DNA from: Gammaproteobacteria bacterium
GTDB lineage: Bacteria > Pseudomonadota > Gammaproteobacteria > G965277405
Assembly (NCBI GenBank): GCA_965277405.1
Contig: OZ255726.1
Span: 544,001 to 608,000 of the forward strand
Direction of reading: 5' to 3'
Length of the DNA: 64,000 nt
A program made the translations under genes and the position numbers. Below, piece after piece: positions 31,347 through 41,427 of this stretch; position 1 is the stretch's first letter; every line of letters starts with the position of its first letter. The notes beneath the pieces are model-generated. The model made no database searches. It was not told the DNA's origin and saw only the letters and a program-made list of their open reading frames with translations.

Positions 31347-32849
31347 TAAACGCTGCATACGCCAGCCCAACGCATACATACAGCCGGCGTAGACGGTGCA
31401 ACCAAGCATAATTTGTGCAGCCATCATCCACAGTCGTTCCAGCATCTCCATTTGCACCCATTGATATACAGGACCTTGGAACCACCACAGCGCTGCGGCC
31501 ATTGCGAGCAAAGCAGCACAGATGCGCAGCGTCTTGAGCAATAATGGGGTTTTGGGTAGCCAGCCACGTCGATACATCCCAATAATTAATAATCCTCCAT
31601 TGATCGATGCGGTTATGCTCGCGGCTAAGGCAAGACCATAATGGCCCATTTTCCAAGATAAAACGGCGCTGAGAACAATGCCGACGGATGTTGCAATTAA
31701 TGCATATTGCACAGGGGGCTTTGGCATGTTCTGGGACAAAAAAGCACTCACAAATATTTTTATCAGCATGAACATTGGCAGGCCAATTGCAAATAATCGT
31801 AATGCGCCTGCTGTTGCGATAGCATCTGCATAGCTAAAGTTAGCATACATAAACACGGTAATTACAATCGATTCAGCGGTGACGAAAAGAGCAACCATTG
31901 CTGGCAAAGCAATGCAGGTGCTTAAGCCAATACCCCAACTTAGTGTTTGGGTAAATGCTGTATCAGTGGATTTGCAGCGCGCCAGACTAGGGAGCAAAAC
32001 TGTGGCGATGCTTATTCCAAAAACGCCAAGAGGTAGTTCAACGATGCGGTTGGCAAAATACAGCCATGTGACACTGCCTTCTTGGAGTAATGTGGCAATT
32101 GCGGTGTCGATGGCAATTGAAATTTGCACCGCTGAAACACTAAAGATAATCGGTACCATGGTTTTAATAACCCTAACCGTTGGCGGATGCGAGAAAGAAA
32201 GTCGTGGTGTTGGCACTAGGCGCAACCTGTGCAGTGTGGGTAGGAATACGGTAATTTGCAGTATTCCTGCACAGAGTACCCCCCAAGCTAATGCCTGAAT
32301 CGGTACATCAAGATGTGGCGCAAGCCATACGGCAGCAGTAATAATGCAGATATTAAGCAGAATCGGGGTTATCGCTGGTAAAGCAAAGCGTTGATGCACT
32401 TGTAATATTGCTGCAGCCAGTGCCGTGAGTGAAATACACAGCAAATACCAAAATGAAATGCGAATCATTGCCGCAGTGAGTGCCAGATATTCTGGCTGCG
32501 CAACAAAACCCCAAGCAAAAGCACTGGCAACCAAAGGTGCCACTATCATCACCACTAGTGTTAGCAACCCCAACACGAATATCAACATCCCTGTGATATT
32601 ATCAATGAGTTGTTGCTTGCTGTTGCTGTTGCTAAGCGCAGGGACAAACGCTTGGGTGAATGCTCCTTCGGCAAAAAAACGTCGAAACAGATTTGGAATA
32701 CGAAACGCAATTAAAAAAGCATCAGTTTGTACACCAGCGCCAAAAAACATGGCAATGATAACGTCGCGTATCAACCCAGAGATACGGCAAATAAACGTTA
32801 ATCCAGCAATAATGAGCGTGTTTTTGCCTGCTGAATGTCTGCTATTCAA
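31332..32849 (-). CDS. murJ: Lipid II flippase MurJ
   Basis: RISGLIRD, AFRIPNLFRRFFAEGAF, YFANRIVELPLG; start uncertain (TTG 32849 or 32882). Confidence 0.93.
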   Translation of the reverse strand: MNSRHSAGKNTLIIAGLTFICRISGLIRDVIIAMFFGAGVQTDAFLIAFRIPNLFRRFFAEGAFTQAFVPALSNSNSKQQLIDNITGMLIFVLGLLTLVVMIVAPLVASAFAWGFVAQPEYLALTAAMIRISFWYLLCISLTALAAAILQVHQRFALPAITPILLNICIITAAVWLAPHLDVPIQALAWGVLCAGILQITVFLPTLHRLRLVPTPRLSFSHPPTVRVIKTMVPIIFSVSAVQISIAIDTAIATLLQEGSVTWLYFANRIVELPLGVFGISIATVLLPSLARCKSTDTAFTQTLSWGIGLSTCIALPAMVALFVTAESIVITVFMYANFSYADAIATAGALRLFAIGLPMFMLIKIFVSAFLSQNMPKPPVQYALIATSVGIVLSAVLSWKMGHYGLALAASITASINGGLLIIGMYRRGWLPKTPLLLKTLRICAALLAMAAALWWFQGPVYQWVQMEMLERLWMMAAQIMLGCTVYAGCMYALGWRMQRLAGPD

Positions 32850-34479
32850 TTGTTTTGCTGTTGAGTATTCGAAACAGCGCACCCGCGGCTAGCAACATTA
32901 TACTGAGCACCAATATTGGCGTATCACCGAATCTGTTATACACCGTTGTACCAGTATATGGCATGACAGTTTGTGTTAGGACTCCTTGCTTAAATTGGGG
33001 CAGCTTAGCAACAATATTGCCTTGGTGATCAATCACACCAGTAATGCCAGTATTGCCAACTCGGAGTAACGGCTTGTTGTTTTCAATTGCCCGCGCTCTG
33101 GCAATTTGAAAATGTTGCTGTGGTCCTATCGATGCCCCAAACCAGCCATCATCGCTGATATTCAGTAGCAGCTGGCTATTACGAGCACCATCTGCAATCT
33201 GTCGGGCAAACACAGCTTCGTAACAAATGCTCGGGGCAATGCCCACTGATTTGTATTGAAACGGTTGTTGCGGTGTTATCGCAGCATGCAACTGTGACAT
33301 TGGTATTTGAAAGAGACGAAAGTATGGCGCTAGGGTATCTGCCAGCGGCACAAATTCCCCAAGTGGAACTAATCGTTGCTTGTCATAAAATTGTGTGGCT
33401 GTATTCACTTGCTCAAACGCAATGGAATTGAATACAGTTTTTTGGCTGCTGCCACGCCGCAAAGTGCCAAATATCAAGCCATTGCTACTATTAAGAAGCT
33501 GGTGTTTGAATACATTTACATAGCGTGAATAGCGTCGATACAGCCCAGCAATTGCCGATTCACCCCAAATAATCAATGCGTCGCGTGGGGCTGATACTGA
33601 CAATTTGGCATAGCGTAACAGGTGTTCGTGTTGCTGATTACTCAGCCATTTTTCTTGTATAGACACATTGCCTTGGACCAAGCTAACGCTGATCGGTGTA
33701 TTTGTAGCTGCTGTTTGCTGTTTTGGTAACAACAATGCGAGTGCAACGATAATAGCTAACGCAAATACTAGGCTGGAACTTTCTGCTAGCCAATGCTTAG
33801 CTGTGCGTATTTGCAGCAATTGTCCGACCAGTATCAAGCATGCAGCAACGGTAAAAGGCACAATAAAACTAAGCCCAATAGAGCCAATATATGGGATAAA
33901 CGCCTTGAGTGGCGTGTCAAGAAAGCCATAGCCAATTTGCGACCATGGAAACCCATACATCCCCAGCGTGCGCAACAGGTCAAAACAAAACCAAAGCCCT
34001 GCATGACAACCTGCCAATAATAATAGTGGTGTCTTGACGTAGCCAAATATTCCAGATGGACCTGCTGTGGCATACAATATACGGAGTTGTAGCATTAAAA
34101 ACATAGAGTATATGATAGCAGGAATGGTCATTACCAAGATGGATATGGGTAATGGCACGTTGCCAAAGTCTCTTAGGCTATACACAATCCAATGGGTGCT
34201 AGCAACCCAATACCCCATCCCATAAAAAAAGGCTGATGAATATGCAAAGCTCGGTTGTAACATCAACGCAATCAGCAAAAAACCAGCATGCGACAGTATC
34301 GCGGCATACCAATATCCGAACGGGGCGAAAGCCAGCGTTGTTACGGCACCAAATGCGGCGAATATAAGCCAACGCAGCAGCAAACTTCGTTCAAGAAAAT
34401 TACGTGGTAATACAGTATTAAAAAAGCCTGCGCGAATGCGTTCTTGTTTATATCTTGGTTCTTGTTTATATCTTGACAC
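32842..34479 (-). CDS. lnt: Apolipoprotein N-acyltransferase
   Basis: LAFAPF, GFPW, VQGN, WGESA, KQRLVPLGE, ICYE, RARAIE. Confidence 0.93.
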   Translation of the reverse strand: MSRYKQEPRYKQERIRAGFFNTVLPRNFLERSLLLRWLIFAAFGAVTTLAFAPFGYWYAAILSHAGFLLIALMLQPSFAYSSAFFYGMGYWVASTHWIVYSLRDFGNVPLPISILVMTIPAIIYSMFLMLQLRILYATAGPSGIFGYVKTPLLLLAGCHAGLWFCFDLLRTLGMYGFPWSQIGYGFLDTPLKAFIPYIGSIGLSFIVPFTVAACLILVGQLLQIRTAKHWLAESSSLVFALAIIVALALLLPKQQTAATNTPISVSLVQGNVSIQEKWLSNQQHEHLLRYAKLSVSAPRDALIIWGESAIAGLYRRYSRYVNVFKHQLLNSSNGLIFGTLRRGSSQKTVFNSIAFEQVNTATQFYDKQRLVPLGEFVPLADTLAPYFRLFQIPMSQLHAAITPQQPFQYKSVGIAPSICYEAVFARQIADGARNSQLLLNISDDGWFGASIGPQQHFQIARARAIENNKPLLRVGNTGITGVIDHQGNIVAKLPQFKQGVLTQTVMPYTGTTVYNRFGDTPILVLSIMLLAAGALFRILNSKTIE

Positions 34480-34581
34480 GGAGTTTCCTCATCCTGTTGC
34501 TAGGTTAGTATATGCTCACTTAAGTCACTGGTGAAACGTGTAATAACTGGCTGGTTGGGCGAGCGGATCAGCGGCTGTTAA

Positions 34582-34866
34582 GGAACCTCTGATTAAGTCG
34601 CTGATGGAGCGAGTTTGCCTGCAATTGCTGATGATTGCAAGGCGCAAACCGCTAAGCGCATGCCGTAGCATATACGCCAAGGGATGCAACACAGCAAGTA
34701 CCTCTTGTAGGCAAACCATCATATATTCAATTGAAGGCCGGGAAAAAACGCTGCGCTAACGTCGTTGCAGCACTTGATAATACCACCAGTATTATCAAGT
34801 GCTGCGTCTAGTTATCATCAGCGTTTTTTCTCCGTCTCGCCCATCATGGCCTTAATCAGAGCTTCC
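34582..34866. mobile_element. IS5-family MITE (285 bp) between corC and lnt
   Basis: TTAA-ggaacctctgattaag...cttaatcagagcttcc. Confidence 0.93.
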
Positions 34867-34875
34867 GCAATACAG

Positions 34876-35655
34876 TCACTGCCGTTTCGCTATTTGGACG
34901 GTTTGTATTTTTCGTGGATCTGCCTTGATGATGCGACAGCTAATTGAATCAATAGTAATGGTTTCGTCTACTTGCGGAATATGACCAAAATGGTGCAACA
35001 ATACCCCATTGAGCGTGCCAAATTGGTCGCCATTAAAATTTGTTGTAAAAAAATTGTTGAATTCGTCAATTTCGATCGTTCCTTCAACCAACCAAGTGTT
35101 GGTGTTAATTGTGGTGATTTGCGGATTTTTTTGTAGGTCATGTTCATCTTCTATATCGCCCACTATTTCTTCGAGCACATCTTCGATAGTCACCAGCCCT
35201 ATTGGTTTACCATATTCGTCAATGACCACAGCCATATGTTGTCGTTGCTCACGAAATTCTTTAAGCAGCACATGGAGACGCTTGCTCTCTGGAATACGAG
35301 CAGGAATACGAATATCTTTGAGGAGTAAATGTGGTGGTTCTCCTTCAGGTAAATTGCGCAGCACGTCTTTAGCGTGCAAAATGCCAATGATGTCTTCTTG
35401 GTCTTTGCTAAACACTGGAAAGCGCGAATGGCTGGAATGTCTGAGTGTGTGGAGGACTTCCTGTTGGCTATCGGTTAGCGAAACACTGACCATTTGACCA
35501 CGCGGAATCATTATGTCGCGCACCTGTTTATCTTCAACCATGATGGCTGCTTTGACGATGTCCAAGACATCGCGTGCCACAATACCAGCTTTACTGTATG
35601 AATCTAATTGCGCTAATAAGGTGGTTCGCGAGAGTTTTTTTCTGAATAAGACCAT
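34876..35655 (-). CDS. corC: CBS-domain Mg/Co efflux-associated protein CorC
   Basis: VRDIMIPR, HSRFPV, HMAVVIDEYG, EDVLEEIVGDIEDEHD; lies between ybeY and lnt. Confidence 0.9.
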   Translation of the reverse strand: MVLFRKKLSRTTLLAQLDSYSKAGIVARDVLDIVKAAIMVEDKQVRDIMIPRGQMVSVSLTDSQQEVLHTLRHSSHSRFPVFSKDQEDIIGILHAKDVLRNLPEGEPPHLLLKDIRIPARIPESKRLHVLLKEFREQRQHMAVVIDEYGKPIGLVTIEDVLEEIVGDIEDEHDLQKNPQITTINTNTWLVEGTIEIDEFNNFFTTNFNGDQFGTLNGVLLHHFGHIPQVDETITIDSISCRIIKADPRKIQTVQIAKRQ

Positions 35656-35669
35656 CGTTATTCAGACCT

Positions 35670-36149
35670 TCAGTAAGGGTGGGCGACATCAAAATGTTTC
35701 AAGATTTGGATTTCACAGGATTCCATGATTTCAGTATGGCGTTCATCTTCATGGTCAAAGCCGCATAAATGGAGGATGCTGTGAACAAATAAGTGCATCC
35801 AGTGGCTTTTAATGTTTTTCTTTTGCTCACTGGCTTCTTGGGCGACTATCTCACCGCACAGCACGATGTCACCAATCAGGTTGACAGGTTCTTCATCTGG
35901 AAATTTGATTGGAAAACTCAACACATTTGTTGGTCGGTTGACATCACGGAATGTATTGTTGATTTTTGCACTTTCGTCAGCATCTACAATGCGCACGCAA
36001 ATTTCTACTGGAGTGCGTGGAGCATTATCTGGATAGAGCGCATGGAGTTGCTCAATAGTATATTCTGACCAGCGTTTGAATTCTGACTTATGCGGACGAT
36101 CGTATTTATCACTTGATACTTTTTGTAAATCAATGCGTACTTGGGTCAT
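35670..36149 (-). CDS. ybeY: rRNA maturation endoribonuclease YbeY
   Basis: PTNVLSFP, IGDIVLC, HLFVHSILHLCGFDH; ATG 36149 with aaggaa RBS. Confidence 0.93.
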   Translation of the reverse strand: MTQVRIDLQKVSSDKYDRPHKSEFKRWSEYTIEQLHALYPDNAPRTPVEICVRIVDADESAKINNTFRDVNRPTNVLSFPIKFPDEEPVNLIGDIVLCGEIVAQEASEQKKNIKSHWMHLFVHSILHLCGFDHEDERHTEIMESCEIQILKHFDVAHPY

Positions 36150-36273
36150 TAGTGTTTCCTTTGCAATTGCTGAACAATGGCTACATTCTATCAAAGTAGC
36201 AGCGCAATAGTGAGCAACCTCTGCATTACTCACTGCAATAGTGATTTGATTAGAATTTCTGCTACTTCCTTCG

Positions 36274-36295
36274 GGAAGCTCTGATTAAGTCCATG
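36274..36295. mobile_element. Solitary MITE/IS5 terminal repeat
   Basis: ggaagctctgattaagtccatg matches the MITE end; no partner TIR nearby. Confidence 0.75.
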
Positions 36296-36330
36296 TGTTG
36301 CACTAGCGGTTGTAATCTGCTAACTCATTG

Positions 36331-37368
36331 CTACTTGCTGTAGAAACTCACCATTTCGCTGAGTTGCTGCTGCTTAATTTTGTCGGCATTCCCGGCGCTA
36401 CCAAATGCCTCAAAACGGTCTTGGCAAATATCTTGCATGGCTTGTGTGGTTTCTTTGAGGTAGCCACGCGGGTCAAATTTATCAGGGCGGTCATGAAAGT
36501 ATTTACGCAATGTGCCTGTCACCGCCAAGCGCAAGTCGGTGTCAACATTTACTTTACGGACGCCATGTTGAATACCTTTTTGGATTTCAGCTACAGGCAC
36601 GCCAAATGTCTGACCTAAATCCCCACCATACTTATTAATAGTTTGCAACCACTGCTGTGGTACTGATGATGATCCGTGCATTACCAAATGGGTGTTTGGT
36701 ATGCGTTGGTGAATTTCTTTAATTCTGTCGATACGCAAAATATCCCCTGCTGGCTCACGGGTAAATTTATACGCCCCATGTGAAGTGCCGATGGCAATTG
36801 CTAATGCGTCGACATTGGTGGTATTGACAAAGTTTTCTGCTTCGGCTGGGTCGGTGAGCAGGCTTGCCGTATCAAGTTTTTCATCTGCACCATGACCGTC
36901 TTCTTCGCCCATCATGCCAGTTTCTAATGAGCCTAGGCAGCCGAGCTCACCTTCAACAGATACACCGACTGCATGTGCCATTTTCACAACTTCTTGGGTA
37001 ATCCCTACATTATATTCATATGATGATGGCGTTTTCATATCTGCCATTAACGAACCATCCATCATTACTGAACTAAACCCAGATTGAATCGAACGCAAAC
37101 ATACAGCAGGATTTGAGCCGTGATCTTGGTGCATTACGACTGGAATATGCGGATACATTTCAATTGCTGCGGCAATAAGATGGCGCAAAAAAGGCTCGCC
37201 TGCATACGCGCGAGCACCAGCAGATGCCTGCATCACAACCGGGCTATTCACAGCATCAGCTGCGCGCATAATTGCTTGGACTTGCTCCATGTTATTCACA
37301 TTAAAAGCCGCCATTCCATAATTATTTTCAGCTGCATGGTCTAGCAATTGGCGCAGGCTAATAAGCAT
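36331..37368 (-). CDS. fba: Class II fructose-bisphosphate aldolase (CbbA/Pseudomonas type)
   Basis: [36 protein letters not shown]. Confidence 0.96.
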   Translation of the reverse strand: MLISLRQLLDHAAENNYGMAAFNVNNMEQVQAIMRAADAVNSPVVMQASAGARAYAGEPFLRHLIAAAIEMYPHIPVVMHQDHGSNPAVCLRSIQSGFSSVMMDGSLMADMKTPSSYEYNVGITQEVVKMAHAVGVSVEGELGCLGSLETGMMGEEDGHGADEKLDTASLLTDPAEAENFVNTTNVDALAIAIGTSHGAYKFTREPAGDILRIDRIKEIHQRIPNTHLVMHGSSSVPQQWLQTINKYGGDLGQTFGVPVAEIQKGIQHGVRKVNVDTDLRLAVTGTLRKYFHDRPDKFDPRGYLKETTQAMQDICQDRFEAFGSAGNADKIKQQQLSEMVSFYSK

Positions 37369-37381
37369 AATACTACTCCTG

Positions 37382-38107
37382 TTAGTTATTTTCTATATCG
37401 TCAAGGTTTTCAGATATTTCATTTATCCAATCAATCAGCACCTGCCATTCCTCCATGTCTTTAAAGGAATCCACTACTGGCAGTTCATTCACGCCGCAGC
37501 CTCGTTCGGCAGAGACTAAGTAAAAAGGATGGTCAGAAAACGCAGCAAGAAATGGTATCTTTAAAGTCAGTAAAAAACGTTGTAATTTTTCATACGCTGG
37601 CGAATTATGGCGAACTCTGTTGGCGACAACACCTATCGTCCGTCGCAACCGCACGTAGGTTGGGTTTAAAAACAACTCCCCAACAAACGTAGACGTCGCG
37701 CGAATGTCCATAGCCGATGGTAACACTGGAATAATAATAACATCTGATCGTTCAATAAATGTCGATAATTCTAGATCACGAACACCTGCGGGAGTGTCGA
37801 TAACCACGTGCGTTAGTTCGCTTGAAAGCATCAAATGCCAAGAACGACGAAACCGTGATGCCATATTACAACCAGGCTGCAATAAATGAATTTTTCTTAG
37901 TTGCTTTGATCTCTTTTTTACCCAACGACTACTTGAACCTTGCACATCAAAATCAATCAGCGCAACATTGTTTTTGGAACTTTGCGCCGCAAGAATTGCA
38001 GCCAAGTTGACACTCACAGTACTTTTTCCGCTACCACCTTTACCATTGATAACAATAATGCGCAATGCTCGCGAGCGTCGTCGTGTTCGTATCATATCTG
38101 TCGGCAT
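37382..38107 (-). CDS. Orphan ParA/MinD-family ATPase
   Basis: Deviant Walker [24 protein letters not shown]. Confidence 0.88.
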   Translation of the reverse strand: MPTDMIRTRRRSRALRIIVINGKGGSGKSTVSVNLAAILAAQSSKNNVALIDFDVQGSSSRWVKKRSKQLRKIHLLQPGCNMASRFRRSWHLMLSSELTHVVIDTPAGVRDLELSTFIERSDVIIIPVLPSAMDIRATSTFVGELFLNPTYVRLRRTIGVVANRVRHNSPAYEKLQRFLLTLKIPFLAAFSDHPFYLVSAERGCGVNELPVVDSFKDMEEWQVLIDWINEISENLDDIENN

Positions 38108-38157
38108 CTAAGTAAGTGTTATCATTCAATTGAATTATATTTTGTGACCTTGGTTAG

Positions 38158-38444
38158 GAAACCTCTGATTAAGTCGCTGATGGAGCGAGTTTGCCTGCAA
38201 TTGCTGATGATTGCAAGGCGCAAACCGCTAAGCGCATGCCGTAGCATATACGCCAAGGGATGCTACACAGCAAGCACAGCAAACCGTTATATATTCAACA
38301 CAACGACGGGAAAAAACGCTGCGTTAACGTCGTTGCAGCACTTGGCAGCACCCACAAGACCACCAGTATTATCTGCGCACTACGCCTAGTTATCATCAGC
38401 GTTTTTTCTCCGTCTCGCCCATCATGGAATTAATCAGAGCTTCC
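38158..38444. mobile_element. IS5-family MITE (287 bp)
   Basis: TTAG-gaaacctctgattaag...ttaatcagagcttcc-TTAG, a perfect 4-bp target duplication. Confidence 0.93.
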
Positions 38445-38572
38445 TTAGACAGCTATCATTAATTACATTTTGTTATTCATAATAGTCGAAAAATCTAATT
38501 GTATAGGTATGGTGACATCAGATTTTATATTATTTCACACCACAATCATTCGGTAAGCAATTTTTTAACTGT

Positions 38573-39118
38573 ATGGCTCGACTCTGTATGGAATTACTGA
38601 TTCAAGTGCTGATGAAGCGAGTTAATCAGTGCTTCCTTAAATATCGGTATTATCTTATTGCGTTTGTTGCAGTGCTGGCTGGCGTCTTTACGTGGGTCTC
38701 TTGGCAACCACAGTTAACGCACAACAGCATTACCGTGCTCCAAGCTAAAGATTTTAATATTCGCGATTATACTGGCGAAGTATTATATCTTGATTTTTGG
38801 GCGAGTTGGTGCGCACCGTGTTTAGATTCATTTCCTTGGATGATTGCCCAACACAACAAAAACTACGAAAAAGGATTGAGAATTGTCGCTGTTACTGTCG
38901 ATGCTGACTTTAACGATGCCGCACAATTTTTACACCAATTCGCAGTACCATTCACAATTGTGTATGACCCAACCATGCAATTGTTTAATGCATATTCAAT
39001 CACGGGCTTACCGACCTCAATTCTCTTTGATCGAGACGGCAGACTCTCCCAACGCATCCTCAGTTTTTATCCAGAGCAAATTCCTATATACACCCAGCAT
39101 ATTGATACGGTTTTATAA
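38573..39118 (+). CDS. TlpA/ResA-family thiol-disulfide oxidoreductase
   Basis: N-terminal TM helix, LDFWASWCAPC, GLPTSILFDRDG; start uncertain. Confidence 0.88.
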   Translation: MARLCMELLIQVLMKRVNQCFLKYRYYLIAFVAVLAGVFTWVSWQPQLTHNSITVLQAKDFNIRDYTGEVLYLDFWASWCAPCLDSFPWMIAQHNKNYEKGLRIVAVTVDADFNDAAQFLHQFAVPFTIVYDPTMQLFNAYSITGLPTSILFDRDGRLSQRILSFYPEQIPIYTQHIDTVL

Positions 39119-40020
39119 TGCAGCCATTCTCACTTACAATCCCGGCAACAGCCGCAAACTTGGGCCCTGGCTTCGACTCGCTCGGTCTTGCTTTGACAAT
39201 GCACAACACCTTCATTTTGCGTCCAGCTACAGCATTTCACATAGATGTTACAGGGTATGGCAAGGACATTCTCGCTGATATACATAGCAATTCTGTTATC
39301 AGCACATATAGCAACACGTGCAAGCAACATGATTGGGAGCCGCTACCGTTTGCTTTAGAAAACTGTAATGCCATCCCGCTCGAAAGCGGGCTCGGCTCTA
39401 GTGCTACGGCGATTGTTGCAGGAGTTGCTGCTGCCCATTTTATCCACCAAGGTCATTGTGATAAAGATGCCGTGTTGCGCAGTGCAGTATTTTTTGAGAA
39501 TCATCCAGACAATATTGTCCCCGCAATATTTGGCGGATTTAATGCAAGCTGCCTTGATGAGCATGATCCAACGACTGTATATAACTTAGCAACTGCGATA
39601 CCATCTTCACTTGGGTGTTTAGCAGTCTATCCACATGTACGCGTTGCAACTGCAGCGTCACGCCAACAGCTGCCCACCCATTTAGCGCTTGGTGATGCAG
39701 TATATTCGCTCGCCCGCGCCGCATTGCTCACCAACGCCTTTGTCCAGCATAAATGGGAAGCAATCGCGCCATTGATGCAAGATAAAATTCACGAACCGTA
39801 TCGCGATTTATTCGGTTTAAGGGCGCTGCGGAGTATTGTGCAACAAGCAGGCGGTTATGCGGCGTGCATCTCTGGCAGCGGTCCTACGGTTATTTGCTTC
39901 CACCCAACAAGCGTCAATCTAAGTATTCCAGTTACAGAGTTTTTTTTAGGACTTGGTTATGCATCATCCGCGTTTCCACTCATCGTCGATAACGCTGGGC
40001 TTATTGTGCAAACACTATAA
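39118..40020 (+). CDS. thrB: Homoserine kinase (GHMP type)
   Basis: PATAANLGPGFDSLG, IPLESGLGSSA, ENHPDN, ISGSGPT. Confidence 0.92.
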   Translation: MQPFSLTIPATAANLGPGFDSLGLALTMHNTFILRPATAFHIDVTGYGKDILADIHSNSVISTYSNTCKQHDWEPLPFALENCNAIPLESGLGSSATAIVAGVAAAHFIHQGHCDKDAVLRSAVFFENHPDNIVPAIFGGFNASCLDEHDPTTVYNLATAIPSSLGCLAVYPHVRVATAASRQQLPTHLALGDAVYSLARAALLTNAFVQHKWEAIAPLMQDKIHEPYRDLFGLRALRSIVQQAGGYAACISGSGPTVICFHPTSVNLSIPVTEFFLGLGYASSAFPLIVDNAGLIVQTL

Positions 40021-40032
40021 TATTTTTTGCGA

Positions 40033-41427
40033 CTACTGTTGATACGCATCACATTCATATAATGCGAACCGCTGCTGCAACAGCGTTGACAGATCAGTCT
40101 GCAGTGGTATGCAACCCCCACTGAATTGCGCGGCAATAGCTGGCTGTAAAGCTGGATCATGTGGCGCATACACCACCAGCAAACCGCTGCTGTTACCAAC
40201 AGGGCTACCAAACCAAGCATCGTATTGGTCAATCACATCGTCAATAACCACAATATTTATGTTGCTATACCACGCTAATCGCGCTGCGTCTTGCCATCTT
40301 GCGGTAAAGATTATTTGCTGAGGATGCTCTGCTGCATATGATTGCAGCTGCGTTGCAATAGTCTTCCAGCCCACCACATCTGCAAACATATTTCTGCCCA
40401 ATGATACCGTTGGCTGCACGATAATCAGGTATTTACATAGCAGCGCAATACTAATTGACAATACCAAAGCCAGCCACCATAGCGTTTTTGAAAATCTATA
40501 GCGCAGTACATTTGCCAATGCTGCAGTACAAATGCTGGTAGTAGCCCAACCTAATAGTGGCAACAACATCAGTTGGTTGCCAAACGCAGCAACGACAATT
40601 GTCAAGCCAATGCCGACCACGCTGACATACAATATGCAGCGCAATCGTGCATGTCGGCGCAGCGCAAAAACTCCATACATCCCACCAAAAAACAATGCTG
40701 GACCAATCACTAATAACTGTACTGTCAGCGCAATTGCAGTGGCTGCTCCGATTCCAGCAACAACAGCTTGCTGATACCAATATTCAAAATATTGTGCGTC
40801 AACATACCAAGCCATACTCGGCACCAGCACGGCAACAGCAACCAGCACCCCCACCCCAAATGCAGCGCTGTTGTATTGTTTCCGATCAGCCACAACCATC
40901 GCCAGCAAAGGTGGCAGGAGCATAATCGCGGCAAAATGGCTGAGGAATGCAGCAGTCCAGACTATTGGCACGGCAACGCTGGCAACTATTGATCTGTGGC
41001 TTTGTTGGAGATGCAACAACACCAACAATAACATTGCCAGCGGTAGCATCAATCCTTCGCTGGATACAGTAATGCTTGCGAGTTGATTAAGCGGCACACT
41101 CCACCAAATCAACAATACCGTCCACGCAATTTTTACAGCTTTAAAAATATGCAGCGTTAGTATGAATAAAAGAAAACTTGTCAACGCAAAACCTGCAACA
41201 GGAAAAAAACGCAGCGCAATATCTGCCGTTGAGAGCTGCTGAACCCCCCACTGCAACCAGCCGCTGAGTGGGGCGTGATTAACATAGCCCCAAGCGACAA
41301 AGCGACCTGCTAAAGCAATTTGAGCTTCATGTATGCCAAGGTGAATACGGCTGGCAATCCATATATCGAGCAAGCCCCAAACACAACACACAATTCCTGC
41401 GAGTATCCATGGGCGCGTGCGCAACAT
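40033..41427 (-). CDS. GT39/ArnT-like polytopic membrane glycosyltransferase (divergent)
   Basis: HEAQ..WGYVNHAPL resembles the DEAYY..WGYFDHPP motif; many TM helices; TAATG coupling to the upstream ABC gene. Confidence 0.7.
   Translation of the reverse strand: MLRTRPWILAGIVCCVWGLLDIWIASRIHLGIHEAQIALAGRFVAWGYVNHAPLSGWLQWGVQQLSTADIALRFFPVAGFALTSFLLFILTLHIFKAVKIAWTVLLIWWSVPLNQLASITVSSEGLMLPLAMLLLVLLHLQQSHRSIVASVAVPIVWTAAFLSHFAAIMLLPPLLAMVVADRKQYNSAAFGVGVLVAVAVLVPSMAWYVDAQYFEYWYQQAVVAGIGAATAIALTVQLLVIGPALFFGGMYGVFALRRHARLRCILYVSVVGIGLTIVVAAFGNQLMLLPLLGWATTSICTAALANVLRYRFSKTLWWLALVLSISIALLCKYLIIVQPTVSLGRNMFADVVGWKTIATQLQSYAAEHPQQIIFTARWQDAARLAWYSNINIVVIDDVIDQYDAWFGSPVGNSSGLLVVYAPHDPALQPAIAAQFSGGCIPLQTDLSTLLQQRFALYECDAYQQ

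Noticed and set aside
23338-38389. Small ORFs with LRLAIISNCRQTRS- or LLMIARR-like peptides (23338, 25798-26148, 34525, 37940)
   Set aside because: Translations of MITE sequence. Frames are not preserved between copies, so there is no support for an encoded protein.
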